Origin: Ophelia neglecta | Taxonomy: Eukaryota | Length of the DNA stretch: 64,000 bases | Assembly (NCBI GenBank): GCA_965285935.1 | Contig: OZ260664.1 | Span: 58,342,001-58,406,000 of the forward strand | Reading direction: 5' to 3' | Shown here: positions 15,001 through 26,800 of the stretch, in pieces | How the letters are laid out: every line of letters begins with the position of its first letter | How positions within the stretch are numbered: the stretch's first letter is position 1 | The notes under the pieces: model-generated | The model's database searches: none | Told to the model about the DNA's origin: nothing | The model's input: the letters and a program-made list of their open reading frames with translations, nothing else | Position numbers and translations under genes: made by a program

Positions 15001-18000
15001 CATGAATTATCCGAGATCTGCTCCTATTTGTCCCCTAACTTCAGCCTTCTTGCATGGTTTCCTCTTCTGATACCTAGCCAATCATTTGACAATTTGGTCC
15101 AATTAATCTCCAACTTATCCACTGTGTTTGTTTGTGTCCATCGTGGTGTGTGTATTCTATTCGAACCATAAAATGTCTCAAGTGAACTATTTATCTGATG
15201 TACGGCAAACGGTATGGTGCCTTCTCTCACCTTTTATCAGTGTTGTGCCTGCTCCGATCTACTCACTTTCTGGTTGTCTCCTTCAATGTGTATAGATGTT
15301 CATATACCTTAGATCATAGCTGTATCAACTCTAGTCTCCACATTCATTTATTACCAATCTACCAATCACATAGCTCCTCCACATATGGTACCATAGTCCT
15401 CTGACTGGTCTGTTGTCATGTTACCATAGTACCAGACAACCAGTCTTCCATGTACAGTGAAACTTGTCATAAATACTACCTCTATTTTGAGACCACCTGT
15501 CATATCAGGACATTAATAAAAGCCATACTGTGCAAGTTCAATGTATAATAACACACACAGACTTGTATAAACTACTTATAGAGACTGTTATGTAATCCTA
15601 TGCTAAGATAAATTGTGTATATATATTGTGTGTTTTTTATGGTGCTGTAAATAAACTTTGTCAAAGTTAAGAACTCATCAACCTTGGCCTTTTCAAGCTT
15701 ACCCTCTCTTATGTTTTAAGTCCAGTGCTACGATAAAATAACATATTCAAATAGGCCACCTCCATAATCTTACCTGCATTTTCCAGTCCCTTGGGTGGTC
15801 TTAACAGGTTTCACTGGATTTGATGCTGTCGGCCTATGTCTGAAACATATTGTCATCACATAGGCATTTTGAAAATGCTGGAGCTGTATAAAATTGAATG
15901 GTACTTCAACAGTTGCTTTTTCTGCCTTAAATAGGTGCTAAAATAAATTCTATCACCAGGATATTGAGGTCAGAAAAAACCAACATTTAACAGAAGTGTA
16001 GCAAATTTAAAGCTTTCATTATTGGATCAAGTCTTTGTATATGTCAGTGTTCATGCCACTGCATCACTTACAGATACCGCCAGTAAAAATTATTTTTATA
16101 ATATATAGGTGTGGAAATCCATTCATTATGACAGTCTGCAGCATCTTCATATTGTCTAAATTGTAGTTTCATCTTTTGCACCAAGCATAGTTTTTCTTCT
16201 CATTCCCTGCTCAATAAAATCCAAACTTTAGAGGAGTTTAGGAAGCCTTGAGTGGTCTCCTGCAGCTTTACACAGATCCAAAATGATAATCTGGACCAAT
16301 CATATCAGTCTTTATTACAACCTTATGGAGTGTGATTCTGAAGAAGAAAAAAGTCACTGGAAATGATTTGATTTATTCAAAAATTTCTTCTATTGAGTGT
16401 GCACCACTTTAGTGTGCAATTATTATCAAGTCTTTTTATGAACTTCCTTCAGTGTCAGCTTAAAGCAGAAAAAGTTTTCTACAGTTTCTGTTCTGATTTG
16501 TCAGAATTCCATTTAAATTACTGTTTTATCACATAAAAGGTCAACCCTTTTCAAAGCACATGTCAGTTAAGTTAAAGATCAAAACATCATTTTCCATTAA
16601 ATAAAAGCAAAGTAAAAAAATGGAAGCCACTGCAAGGCCCCTTTAGAATAAACTTGTAGTATGAGAGATTAAGTAATTAGTGGTGTTTTAGCTGGTATTA
16701 TACATTCTTATACAGTCTTATACAGTCTTATACTGTCTTATACTGTCTTAATGGTTTTGCATGGAATTAACTGTGTCTTCTACATGTGGTATGTAGGTGT
16801 AATATATAGAATAACTCCTTAAATATACTGCCTCCTCCTTGGATATACTGTCCCCTTCTTTTATATACTGTCTTCGCCTTAGACAAACTGTCCCCTGCTT
16901 AGTACTCTCCCCTCCTTAGGTATACTGTCCTCTCCATAGATATACTATCTCCTCCTTACATACCCTGTCCCCTCTATGGATAACTGTCCCCTCCTTAGAT
17001 ACACTGTCTCATCCTTAGATACACTGTCCCCTCCTTAGATACACTGTCCCCTCCTTAGATACACTGTCTCATCCTTAGATACATTGTCTCATCCTTAGAT
17101 ACACTGTCTCATCAGATATGCTTTCCCCTCCTTAGATATACTGTCTCCTCCTTAGATATACTGTCTTCTTATTAGATATACCATCTCCTCATTAGTTACC
17201 CTGTCCCCTCCTTAGATAATACTGTCTCCTCCTTACATATACTGTATACTCCCAAGTACCCTGTCCCCTCGGTTTTCCTGTCCGCTTCTTACGTATACTG
17301 TCTCCTCGATATACTGTCTCCTCCTTAGATATCCTGTCCCTGCCTTAGATTATACTGTCTCCTCCTTAGATATACTGTCTCCTCCATAAATACCCTGTCC
17401 CCTCCTTGTTCATACTGTCTCCTCTGTAGATATACTTCCTCTTTCTTAGATATACTGTCTCCTCTTTAGATTTGCTGTGTCCTCCTTAGATATAGTTTCT
17501 CGCTTTCCATAATATTACCTGAAATTGTCTACGTAAAAGGTCATTAATATTGCACAACATTTATCTCGATGTTACCATATATAGCATCTAGTTTGTTTGA
17601 TATTAAAAAATTAATCCATAAAAGAGTGAATTATTGCATTATATTAGCTTAGTCTGTGTTTAGACTTTAGAATTACCCATTCCCCAATAGTTATTCATGA
17701 TACATATCTTAATGGTTATCAAATTATCACTGACACCAGTAATTTGTCCACAATTCTGGGTTAATTAGATGATGAAAGGTTAAAAGAGAGATTATTTGGT
17801 GCTTCTGCTGACACTGTGAGAAAGTGAAAGAGAGGCTTTTCACCAGTACCCACCCAGAGTATTGACGAGTAACCCTTTGTCACAAGGTGGCTTTATAATA
17901 CATGTCAAGTTTTATTTGATCTTGTTTCCAAGTCAGGAGATTGGTACTGATGTCACATGTTTAATTTGGCATGGCTACATCCATTTTTAACGCCGTGTGC

Positions 18001-21000
18001 GCTGGCTTTGCTGGCAGCATCTCACTTGACTTTAGTGTTTGTCGTTGCCATACAATGCTAGGCTCTTCAGCACTCCTCTGTGTACTGTTCTGAGCGTGAT
18101 GCTCGACCGTGGCTCACTTGTCACACTCACTGGTGTCAGCAATAAAGCTCACACTCGAGCTGGGCACTCTCGCAAAGAATGGAGTCCCAACTCCCCAGGA
18201 TGTGTCTGATCAACTCCCCCCATGAACGCTTCAGTCAAACAAAAAAGCAATAATCTGCCTTCCTAAGGAACAACATGAATTATTTGTATGTTGACTATCA
18301 TAAATCATGATTGTGTAGAACAATAATGTCTTTATAGTGATTTTTTAAAAATTAAAAATTGACATATTAATATTTGTATATAGTTACTGATTTCTTTTGA
18401 TACCTATAGTGTATGTAATATTTGATATTATCTTTATTGATCGGGGATACATATATCCTAATCTAACATGTTATTAAATATCTAAAATAAATGTTTACAT
18501 TTATTTTGTTTTTCCAATATTGTCACTACTAATCTAAACAATGACACTACTTGCATATCAAAACATTTAAAAAAAATGGTGATACAAACATATTTCCATT
18601 TTACTATAATTATAAGCTATTTATTCTGAAAAGCCTGATTCTACCTTACTAGATAAAACAGACGGATCCTTTTCTCGGTCCCGATCTTCATCCATGTCAA
18701 GTTTGGAGAATGTTAATAAGGAAGCAATTCAGTGCCTAGCTTTTGCTGATGCCTACACAAGAAAGTCAGGTAGGAATTGACATTTTGTAGTCACCGGGTC
18801 TTCTGATTAAAATACCATCTATAGTCTACCTGCACCTGAAGGGTAATGCAGATAATTTTCATACTTTTATTATTTTTCTGGGGAGGGGGGGGGGGGGGTG
18901 ATAGGAGGGGCAGTTGTTTGAATCACATAAACCTAGAGAAATGTGTAGTAATTTTCAGATAATGTTATTTTTGTAACTTCTTGTCTGTTCTGGTTGACCC
19001 TATAATGATTGTCTCTGAAATGATTGTTTGTGTATGTACATCAGAGAGTTGACCTCTCCCTGCCTGTGGTTTGATTGGGGGTTTGTGTATGTATTTCAGA
19101 GAGTTTGACCTCTCCCTGCCTGTGGTTTGATTGGGGGGTTTGCGTATGTATTTCAGAGAGTTTGACCTCTCCCTGTCTGTGGTTTGATTGGGGGTTTGTG
19201 TATGTATTTCAGAGAGTTTGACCTCTCCCTGCCTGTGGTTAGATTGGGGGTTTGTGTATGTATTTCAGAGAGTTTGACCTCTCCCTGCCTGTGGTTTGAT
19301 TGCTTGTTTGTGTATGTATTTCAGACAGTTTAACCTCACCCTGCCTGTGGTTTGATTGGGGGGGGGGGGGGGGTTGTGTATGTATTTCAGAGAGTTTTAC
19401 CTCTCCCTGCCTGTGGTTAGATTGGGGGTTTGTGTATGTATTTCAGAGAGTTTGACCTCTCCCTGCCTGTGGTTTGATTGCTTGTTTGTGTATGTATTAC
19501 AGAGAGTTTGACCTCACCCTGCCTGTGGTTTGATTGGGGGGGGGGGTTGTGTATGTATTTCAACCCTGCCTGTGGGTTGATTTCTTGTTTGTGTATGTAT
19601 TTCAGACAGTTTAACCTCACCCTGCCTGTGGTTTGATTGGGGGGGGGGGGTTGTGTATGTATTTCAGACAGTTTTACCTCTCCCTGCCTGTGGTTTGATT
19701 GGGGGTTTGTGTATGTATTTCAGAGAGTTGACCCCTCCCTGCCTGTGGGTTGATTTCTTGTTTGTGTGTATATTTCAGAGAGTTTGACCTCTTCCTGCCT
19801 GTGGTTTGATTTCTTATTTTGTATATTTTTCAGAGAGTTTGACCTCTCCCTGCCTGTGGGTTGGCACAAGTCTTGGCTCGGTCCTGGTGATATCCATGAA
19901 CCTCCCAGAAGGAGAGGCTCGCAAAACACAGCCTGTCATAGTCTCACCAAGTGGTAAGCACCCGCACAACGACAAGTATACTGCAACAATACATTTGAAT
20001 ATATCTACCATTTAACTGGGCTAAATACATGTCTAATTTTTGGGACTCCATTTTGGGAGATCATGCATTATGCATCATTCACTGAATTTTAAGGTGTTTT
20101 CCACATGAAATAGAAGAATGGGGACTTCATTGGGAAATGCGATATTGATTTTATCTGTATCTTTTCCAAACTGTTACAGGAACCATATTCAGATTAAAGG
20201 GGGCTATCATGTGTATGTCATTCCTGGACTGTAATGGCATCCTGATACCCCAGATAGCAGAGGCCTGGAAGGAGCAGCCAGAAACCCCCACTGGCTCCTC
20301 GAGGAAGCAATACAACAGTCAGTCCTCACTCCCTAGTCTTCCCTTCTCACAATAACATGTAGAATTAGGATCATTTAATGTTAAACCTTCTTACTGCAGT
20401 TTATAGACATTCTAACAGCAAGTGAAGCATCTCTTCTGTCACTGTGAATTGATATTTCTTGTACTTATAGCTTTATGCATAAATTGCAATATATTTGTTT
20501 GTAGGACAACAATCTACAACTAATATGAGACCCAAAATGTCACCCACTTCTTCCCAAGAATTACAAAGTGACCGACAGTTTGCTATCATTTGTTCAGAGA
20601 AGCAAGCCAGGGTAAGGCGGCACGGCCAGCGTGCTCTATATTAATTTCCTGAAGCTGTGTTGAGTAGTTGATCAGAGTTTATCTACATAGTTTTATACAT
20701 ACCTGTATATGTAAGATGACATCTTTTTTTTTCTATAAAATCCACTTCTTTTTGTATTTTAATGTGAAATGTCAGTTCCATTTAAGGTATAGATTGGCAT
20801 TTTGCTTTGGCACTATGTTACATTCATATCATCATAAATAACACATGAGGAATCTATTTGTACAGATAAGATCCTTAAAAAGTATGAAATGATGTGTTGT
20901 GGGATAGTGTTTGGTTAGACAAGATGGCTGTAGTTGTGTTTGGTTTATAACATTGTCACAGTACCTCATTTTGTGCTCTTCAGGTCATGACCTTGCCTTC

Positions 21001-23825
21001 TCAGTCCTGTGCCTATAAGGTAAAAATCACAGAGACCTCTATTGTAACTAAGGCAGAAGTAATATCACTTAAAGGTAAGATTACTTCATCTTTCAATGGC
21101 TGTACAAAAAATTACCCCACTACATAGAATTGAATATAGACAATATGGCACTATGTGGAGAATATAGCATTTCTGTGCAAAATGAACAAGGCATTGTAGA
21201 TGCATGAGGCACATTCATTTTCTTCCACTAAATCTCTACAATATTTTTTTCTCAATCTGTTCCATAACTTGTGTTTTACAATAAATAGTTGATAATAGAA
21301 ATTGATGGAAACTTTTACAAAGTGTAAGGGATAAATACATTGATTAGTACAACTCTTGTCATAGTTAGTATTTATGAAAAATTCTTGACCTTCTTCATAG
21401 TTAATTCTGCCTTTCAGAAAGTGTTTGCCTAGCTTGCTATGTTGCCAATGGACACGTCATGACATTCAGTCTGCCTAGTCTGAAGCCGCTTCTAGATGTA
21501 AACCACTGCCCCCTGACCGATATAAGGTACTTGATTAACCATGTAAACCACTGCCCTTGACCAATATAAGGTACCTGATAAATTATATAAACCCCTACCC
21601 CTGGATTGATGTAAAGTACTTCATGAACCATGTAAACCACTGCCCCTGATTGAAATAAGGCACTAGATAAACCTTGTAAATCACTGCGCCACTGACCAAT
21701 ATAAGGGTTTTTATAAACTATATAAACGCCTACCTGTTGACTGATGTAATGTACATATACTTGATAAACTGTTTAAACCTCTACCCCTTGACTGATGTAA
21801 GGTACTTGATAAACTAACAACCAACAATCAGCATGTTCCAAATACCAATAGATAATCTGGGTTAGATTTCCAGTAGTAAGCTTGTGAGAATGGTCATGTA
21901 CCATCATGCAATCAATCAAACATAATATCCTGTATTGAAAACTTGTGAAACCTTTTTTTTCAGGATTGCTAAAACATTTTGCTTCGGCAACAATGGACAT
22001 GCTCTGTACTTCATTTCTCCCACAGAAGTGCAGAAGATCACACTCTCAGCTGAAGTCTGGTAAATATCTATCTTTAAATAAGAATTACACACACAATGTC
22101 TTAATAAAAACATTATTAATGTAAATACTTTGTGCGTTGATTCACCTAATGGTTGAGGGAAATAATGCTGTGTGGTCTTGCCAAAAGTATGTTTTATTTA
22201 CCAGTGACAACCTTAACGAGATGCTGGGCGAGCTGTTCCTTCCAACAGAAGCTCCTGATGCACCTAAACAGAGCTTCTTTAAAAACCTATTTGGAGGAGG
22301 CACTGCTATCCTTGACCGCGAGGAGCTGTGTAAGTGGAAAGGAACACTATCAAATCATACACAAATCTCAAGCCAATCAATATATCTCACCTTCAAACCA
22401 AATGAATCCTTCAGCCCAAGGCACCTGCCAGTAACCTGAAGACCTCTCAGTCCTTGAAAAATACTGACAAATGATTTGCAATCCCTCCAAGTACATCACT
22501 ATACATGTCAGTAGAAGAACATCTAAATGTCAGAGTGACAGTTACTCTCTCCTTTACACTCCCTTCTAGTACATAAACATAGTTGACAGAGCCAGATAGT
22601 TTGAGATCACTTTCCACAATAAACAAGGCCCAAATAATCATGTCTAGGAATTAAGGAAAAGGCTTGTTTTTCAGTGGAAATGACAGCAAAACTGGAAAAA
22701 AAGGGCAATTTAAAGGAACATTCTCAAAAAGAGTTTTTAATTACTCTTGAGAGTGTATTGTTACCAGTCATCAAGTTCTGTATCATATCTTAAAAGTTGA
22801 GTTGAAAAGGTCTTGTCTATTAAAGAGCCAGGAAAAGCAAAAGAATTCAATAGTAACGTTACATACTACTCCACTGGCAGGAGCTTGGTTCTTATCAAAT
22901 AGTTAGTGATGAGATATGGTTACAAAATCTTTACATCCCAAACAAGTTGCAATTTAGGTAGCAGAGCCACTGGTAAATTCTAATGTTAGATGATTTGGTT
23001 TAAATAGTGTACATCACTGATGCAACTGTTAGGAAGAGGTTGAAGCGCACCATATGCCTGAGGCCTTAATGGGAACATGAAATCAAGTCATTGTCTTTGC
23101 CATTGATTTAGTATACAGATATATTAAATATTAAACTATGTAAACAGTTAGGAATTTTCATTAGGCACGTGCACTTGGAATACCAGGCACATAGAAAGTC
23201 ATGGGGATAAATAAGTGTATTGATTACCTGGCACATGCCTCCTTAGGAAATAGGTTATGTACTGTACCCAATGCCACCGTGAAGTAGTATAAGTTATGTA
23301 AGCTACATTAAATTTATTTTTACTACACTACTGTAGTAGTCAGTGGTATGCAGATGTAGTGTATCTCGTGATCAATTTTGTGTTTTAGTTGGAGAGGGCA
23401 GTGGGAAGGCTTCCAAAGGTGTAGCCAAGTACTCTGGAGGAACAGCTGGCATGGCAATGGCACAGGATAGGGCAGGAGCAGCCACCTCAGAGATAGGCAG
23501 GGCCAAAATGGTAAGTACTCTCATGGTAACAATTTTTGCATGGGTGTAAATTTTGAATGAATTTTGTGCACACAAAATCCAAAGGTAGAATTCTTAGTAC
23601 AATGGTAACTAAATTTTGTTTTTATTTTTAAATATACTTTGAATTATTATTAAGTATTTGTTTAATTGTTGTTTTCTTCTCTGCCAGGCGGCCATTGAGA
23701 GAGGGGAGAGATTAGGGCAGCTTGACGACACCACTGAGAAGATGAGAATGGAGGCAGAGGCCTACGCTCAGAATACCCACTTACTCATGCAGAAATACAG
23801 AGACAAGAAGTGGTATCAGTTTTAA
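24..23825 (+). CDS. STXBP5: Tomosyn / syntaxin-binding protein 5 (WD40/Lgl-like propellers + C-terminal R-SNARE), 5'-incomplete multi-exon CDS
   Basis: Frame-consistent exons: 24-147, 4814-4889, 5968-6122, 6540-6612, 7744-8000, 8278-8477, 8974-9126, 9377-9525, 9718-9806, 9989-10107, [12157-13198 or 13716-13797/13857], 18653-18769, 19834-19953, 20180-20317, 20505-20611, 20984-21074, 21418-21526, 21964-22059, 22205-22329, 23389-23510, 23688-23825. Peptides match tomosyn as recalled: SWHHEGKQFMCSHGDGSLTVWN, FENPYPMDIHESPVT, ITGHADGSLKFWDAS, SPCLWVGTSLG, AIICSEKQAR, ERGERLGQLDD (R-SNARE zero-layer Arg) and C-terminal KYRDKKWYQF*. Confidence 0.96.
1543..1720. mobile_element. Tc1/mariner (pogo/Tigger-like) MITE, degenerate
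   Basis: GTGAAACCTGTCT...GGCAGGTTTGACTG|TA inverted ends; related to the copies at 15455 and 34293. Confidence 0.6.
8493..8734. repeat. Minisatellite, 24-bp unit x10
   Basis: CCTAGTCATAGAGTAGACCATTCA tandem copies starting 16 nt after the donor at 8477. Confidence 0.95.
10180..10588. repeat. Minisatellite, 22-bp unit x~18-19
   Basis: GCCTGGTATATAACAYGCCCCT tandem copies; accounts for the three repetitive minus-strand ORFs in the track. Confidence 0.95.
10588..10850. repeat. Degenerate minisatellite, ~22-bp unit
   Basis: CTGGTCTGGTTACTCAGTCTTG-like units directly abutting the previous array. Confidence 0.8.
12157..13198 (+). CDS. STXBP5: Large (1042 nt, ~347 aa) Ser/Lys/Glu-rich alternative exon of the tomosyn hypervariable region
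   Basis: Long ORF 12091-13224 with acceptor TTTCAG| at 12156 and donor G|GTATGT at 13198/13199. It enters in phase 0 (matching exon 9989-10107) and exits in phase 1 (matching exon 18653). Confidence 0.75.
13244..13379. other. Assembly gap (136 N)
   Basis: Run of N between the two alternative tomosyn exons. Confidence 1.
13716..13857 (+). CDS. STXBP5: Short alternative exon of the tomosyn hypervariable region (two possible phase-1 donors, 13797 and 13857)
   Basis: Acceptor TATAG| at 13715. Encodes INGVCLSPTNAST...RKIQKAQSTCSME, resembling vertebrate tomosyn-2 VNGHCTSPTS...FRKAQSAACME as recalled. Phase 0 in, phase 1 out. Confidence 0.8.
15455..15816. mobile_element. Tc1/mariner (pogo/Tigger-like) MITE
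   Basis: TA|CAGTGAAACTTGTC...GACCACC and GGTGGTCTTAACAGGTTTCACTG ends. Confidence 0.65.
16825..17495. repeat. Degenerate minisatellite, 20-bp unit
   Basis: TACTGTCTCCTCCTTAGATA-like units, preceded by a short (TATACAGTCT)n 10-mer run at ~16700-16750. Confidence 0.9.
19021..19861 (+). repeat. Minisatellite, ~56-bp unit x15, whose unit is the tomosyn intron/exon (acceptor) junction
   Basis: Unit GTTTGTGTATGTATTTCAG|AGAGTTTGACCTCTCCCTGCCTGTGGTTTGATTGGGG. The last copy (CAG at 19831-19833) is the real acceptor of exon 19834-19953. Confidence 0.95.
21496..21815 (+). repeat. Minisatellite, ~45-bp unit x7, whose unit is the tomosyn exon/intron (donor) junction
   Basis: Unit ATGTAAACCACTGCCCCCTGACCGATATAAG|GTACTTGATTAACC. 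The first copy is the real exon end and donor (21526/21527). Confidence 0.9.
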
Positions 23826-26800
23826 TAAGGATGCATCGTGCCAGGCTCGGTTCAAATCACTATGCTGCAGCAATGCAACTCTGACATTTGCCAGTGACTT
23901 GTGTTGTGCTGGATAGCCTTAAACACAACTGTATTGCATTATTCTGCGCTGCTTGCTTTGCTGCAATATTTGAACATGTTGTCTGCATATATTTGCTGTT
24001 GTTATGGTGATCTCCTCATTCCAGTAGCCACTCAAAATGGCCACTACTACCATTCCAATGTGGGAGGACTAGGTTGCCCAGGGCTAATTTCCATGTAGCT
24101 GCAGGTAGAGAGGGAGAACTGACAGCTCCCGTCTCTGGCCGGTGTCTGGTGGGACCACGGGATAGGAATGTCTGGACTGGCCGTTTAGATGGGTGGATAT
24201 AGAGTGCAGAGATTCATATTTTGAAGCATTCCAAGGATTGTTGTCGTGCACCCTGTGCATTTCTTCCGCCTGATGTCAACAGAGTGATGTTACTACTTAG
24301 TCTCACTGCAGTGGTGAACAGACTTTTTCTTCTATGTGTTGTATGTTGCCCTGGGATGTGTATTATGGAAGTAGTCCCCGTGATTATCCCAGGCTCTTGA
24401 GCTTACATGTAGCAGTGTAGTGCAGAATTGGATATATAAACACGTTACACAGTTATTGTTGCACTATTTTATTGGCTATATTAGATATGTTATACCGTAC
24501 GGGTTGTGATGGTTGCATTATTTTATGTCCTGCTAAGTCGGAACCTCACTTTGTGAAGTTTTCGATGTAACCATTGCAGTATGACATAGTGTGGTGACAA
24601 AGAATTGGTATTAGAATGAAATCTGGTAAGGACTTCTCATTTGTTTTAAACTTTGCTCATCTTCCACCCCTCAAATACTGTTGAGGTCTACAACTCATAT
24701 GAGCCACTGTCATTAGTGGTGATCTGTTTCAAACTCATTAACTTAGCATAACAGTTGTGTCTTATGTAAAAATACACCTCAGTTGGAACTCCTGTGTCTT
24801 GGAACCAGTGTAATCAAATAAGCATTGCTTCCAGTGCTTCGAAGTACTTAAACTTTAGATGTTATCTCATTTAACAGATATACAGGAGGCATAACAAGAT
24901 CAGATCACTGGATGAATCTGTGCTGTCATATTCAAGGTTCAGTGTTAGAGCCGTCTGCTTGAATGTCCCATTTAATTAGTTCATGGTTGGTTTGGTGTTA
25001 TTCCATTAAAGCAATGCATGGCAACCTGAAAAACGTTCCTGTTTCTTCCAAATTTATGTTCTTTGTGTTCATTTGACCAAATCTCATCTGCTGACAATCA
25101 GTGAGAATGTTCCAGACTAAGTTTCCACTAAATACCATATCCTGTACAGATAGATTAAGTTGATATAGGCTCATATTAGCTGTGTAATGTATATGTACTT
25201 TGTATATATGCATTATCCATAGAATCCAGTCTGCTTGGTTTATATCTAACTTCAATATGTATCATACTTTGTAGGTTATAACCAATTATTAAAATTGCTG
25301 ATACTGCTGAATGCGCCAAAGACTGGGTGGAACAATCCGACATGAATAAATTTCAAGCCTCATATGAAAATGGTCACATCTTAGTAATTTGTTATATAAT
25401 ACATTGTTGATTAACACAAGACATCAAAAAGTAGCCTCCTCAGTTGGTTGATCAGTTGTCAGGGTTGTATGTTAGGATGAGACTGACTCCTGTAGGCAAA
25501 CAATAGATGTTAAATTATCATATCTTGTTGAGACAATTGTTGTTTATTTATATGACTTTATATGTATGTTGTGTAATATTGTATGTTGAGTTGAATTTGT
25601 AAAATACTAGAATATAAGTACATCTAATGGCTGTTGATACTGTTCTGATTGGTTAAAGTCTATCTCATATGAAATGTTTTTGTTACTCATGTTATGCAGA
25701 AGTTTACTATTTCTGTTTATTCCACTCCAGTAAAAGAAACTTCTACTACCCCCCCCCCCCCCCCCTTATAATAAAATAACCTGTTATATGGAATAATTGT
25801 AATAACCACATTGTGTTAGATCTGTACATATATTCCACATATTAATTTGTTCTCATACAACTTGAGCTCACAATTATCATACCAGAATTCATAAGAAGGT
25901 CTCTTTCCCTGTTTATGAGTTACTTGTCTAGTCACATTCTTTAACCTTTGTTCAGAGAGCTTGGCGCAATTAGACTGGTAACGCGCTGTAATTGTTTTTT
26001 CGTTAAAGTTAAGATGACACGGAGATTACGACATTGAGACGGAGAAGCCCATGTAGGTTGAACGGAAACATAAGCTGTGCAATATTTGAATAATGCTAAA
26101 GGATATATATATATACATTATTATATACATGAAAGCTGTATTGTGAATGCTAATGGAAGTGCAAGACTGTGTAGGTTGGGGCCCATTCCGATATGTGATG
26201 TACAGATATGGAGTGGAAGGAAAGCTGTTGTGAGAAAGTTCATTTGTGACTATATCATTGTACATTCTAATGCATATTACTCAGTTTTACTTGTGTATAC
26301 ATGTTCCTGTGGACATGCCCCTCAATGTGTATAGGGCACCACATAAATTGTATAAAGCTGTGCATTTGGCTGTTGTTTGTTGTTCATGTCCACCTATTGT
26401 GCTGTATCCCATTATTATGATGTACATAAGTCAACTTATACATAATGACCAAAATGATGTTATTTCATTGCAACATGTTATTACCAGATTTAAATCCTAG
26501 GAAAGTAAGTGTGCACTGGTAGTAGTCATAGTAGTGCCCTCTGTGTAGAAGATAACTGTTTTCTTCGTTCATTATAACTTAAACTTTAGAACTGTACTCC
26601 CTTCTGTGCCGTTACATGTAGCTGTTCTCTAGACTGTGAAATTGAGCACAAACTAGTTTACTGCTTCTAGGGAGGATCTGTATTGACTACCCGTCTGCTC
26701 CTGAAGACAACAAATCAAAGTGACATGTTTGTACTTTTCAATTGATACATATTATATTGTATGTTCCACCAAGCAGCCAACATAAAAATAAGTACAGGAA

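Noticed and set aside
18061-18240. GC-richer patch as an extra tomosyn cassette exon
   Set aside because: The acceptor/frame combinations tested hit stop codons and no convincing donor was found.
19021-19861. CRISPR-like appearance of regularly spaced repeats
   Set aside because: The units are contiguous with no unique spacers, there are no cas genes, and the context is a eukaryotic intron.
23820-23830. Possible stop-codon read-through of tomosyn
   Set aside because: Tandem TAA TAA follows the conserved KKWYQF end.
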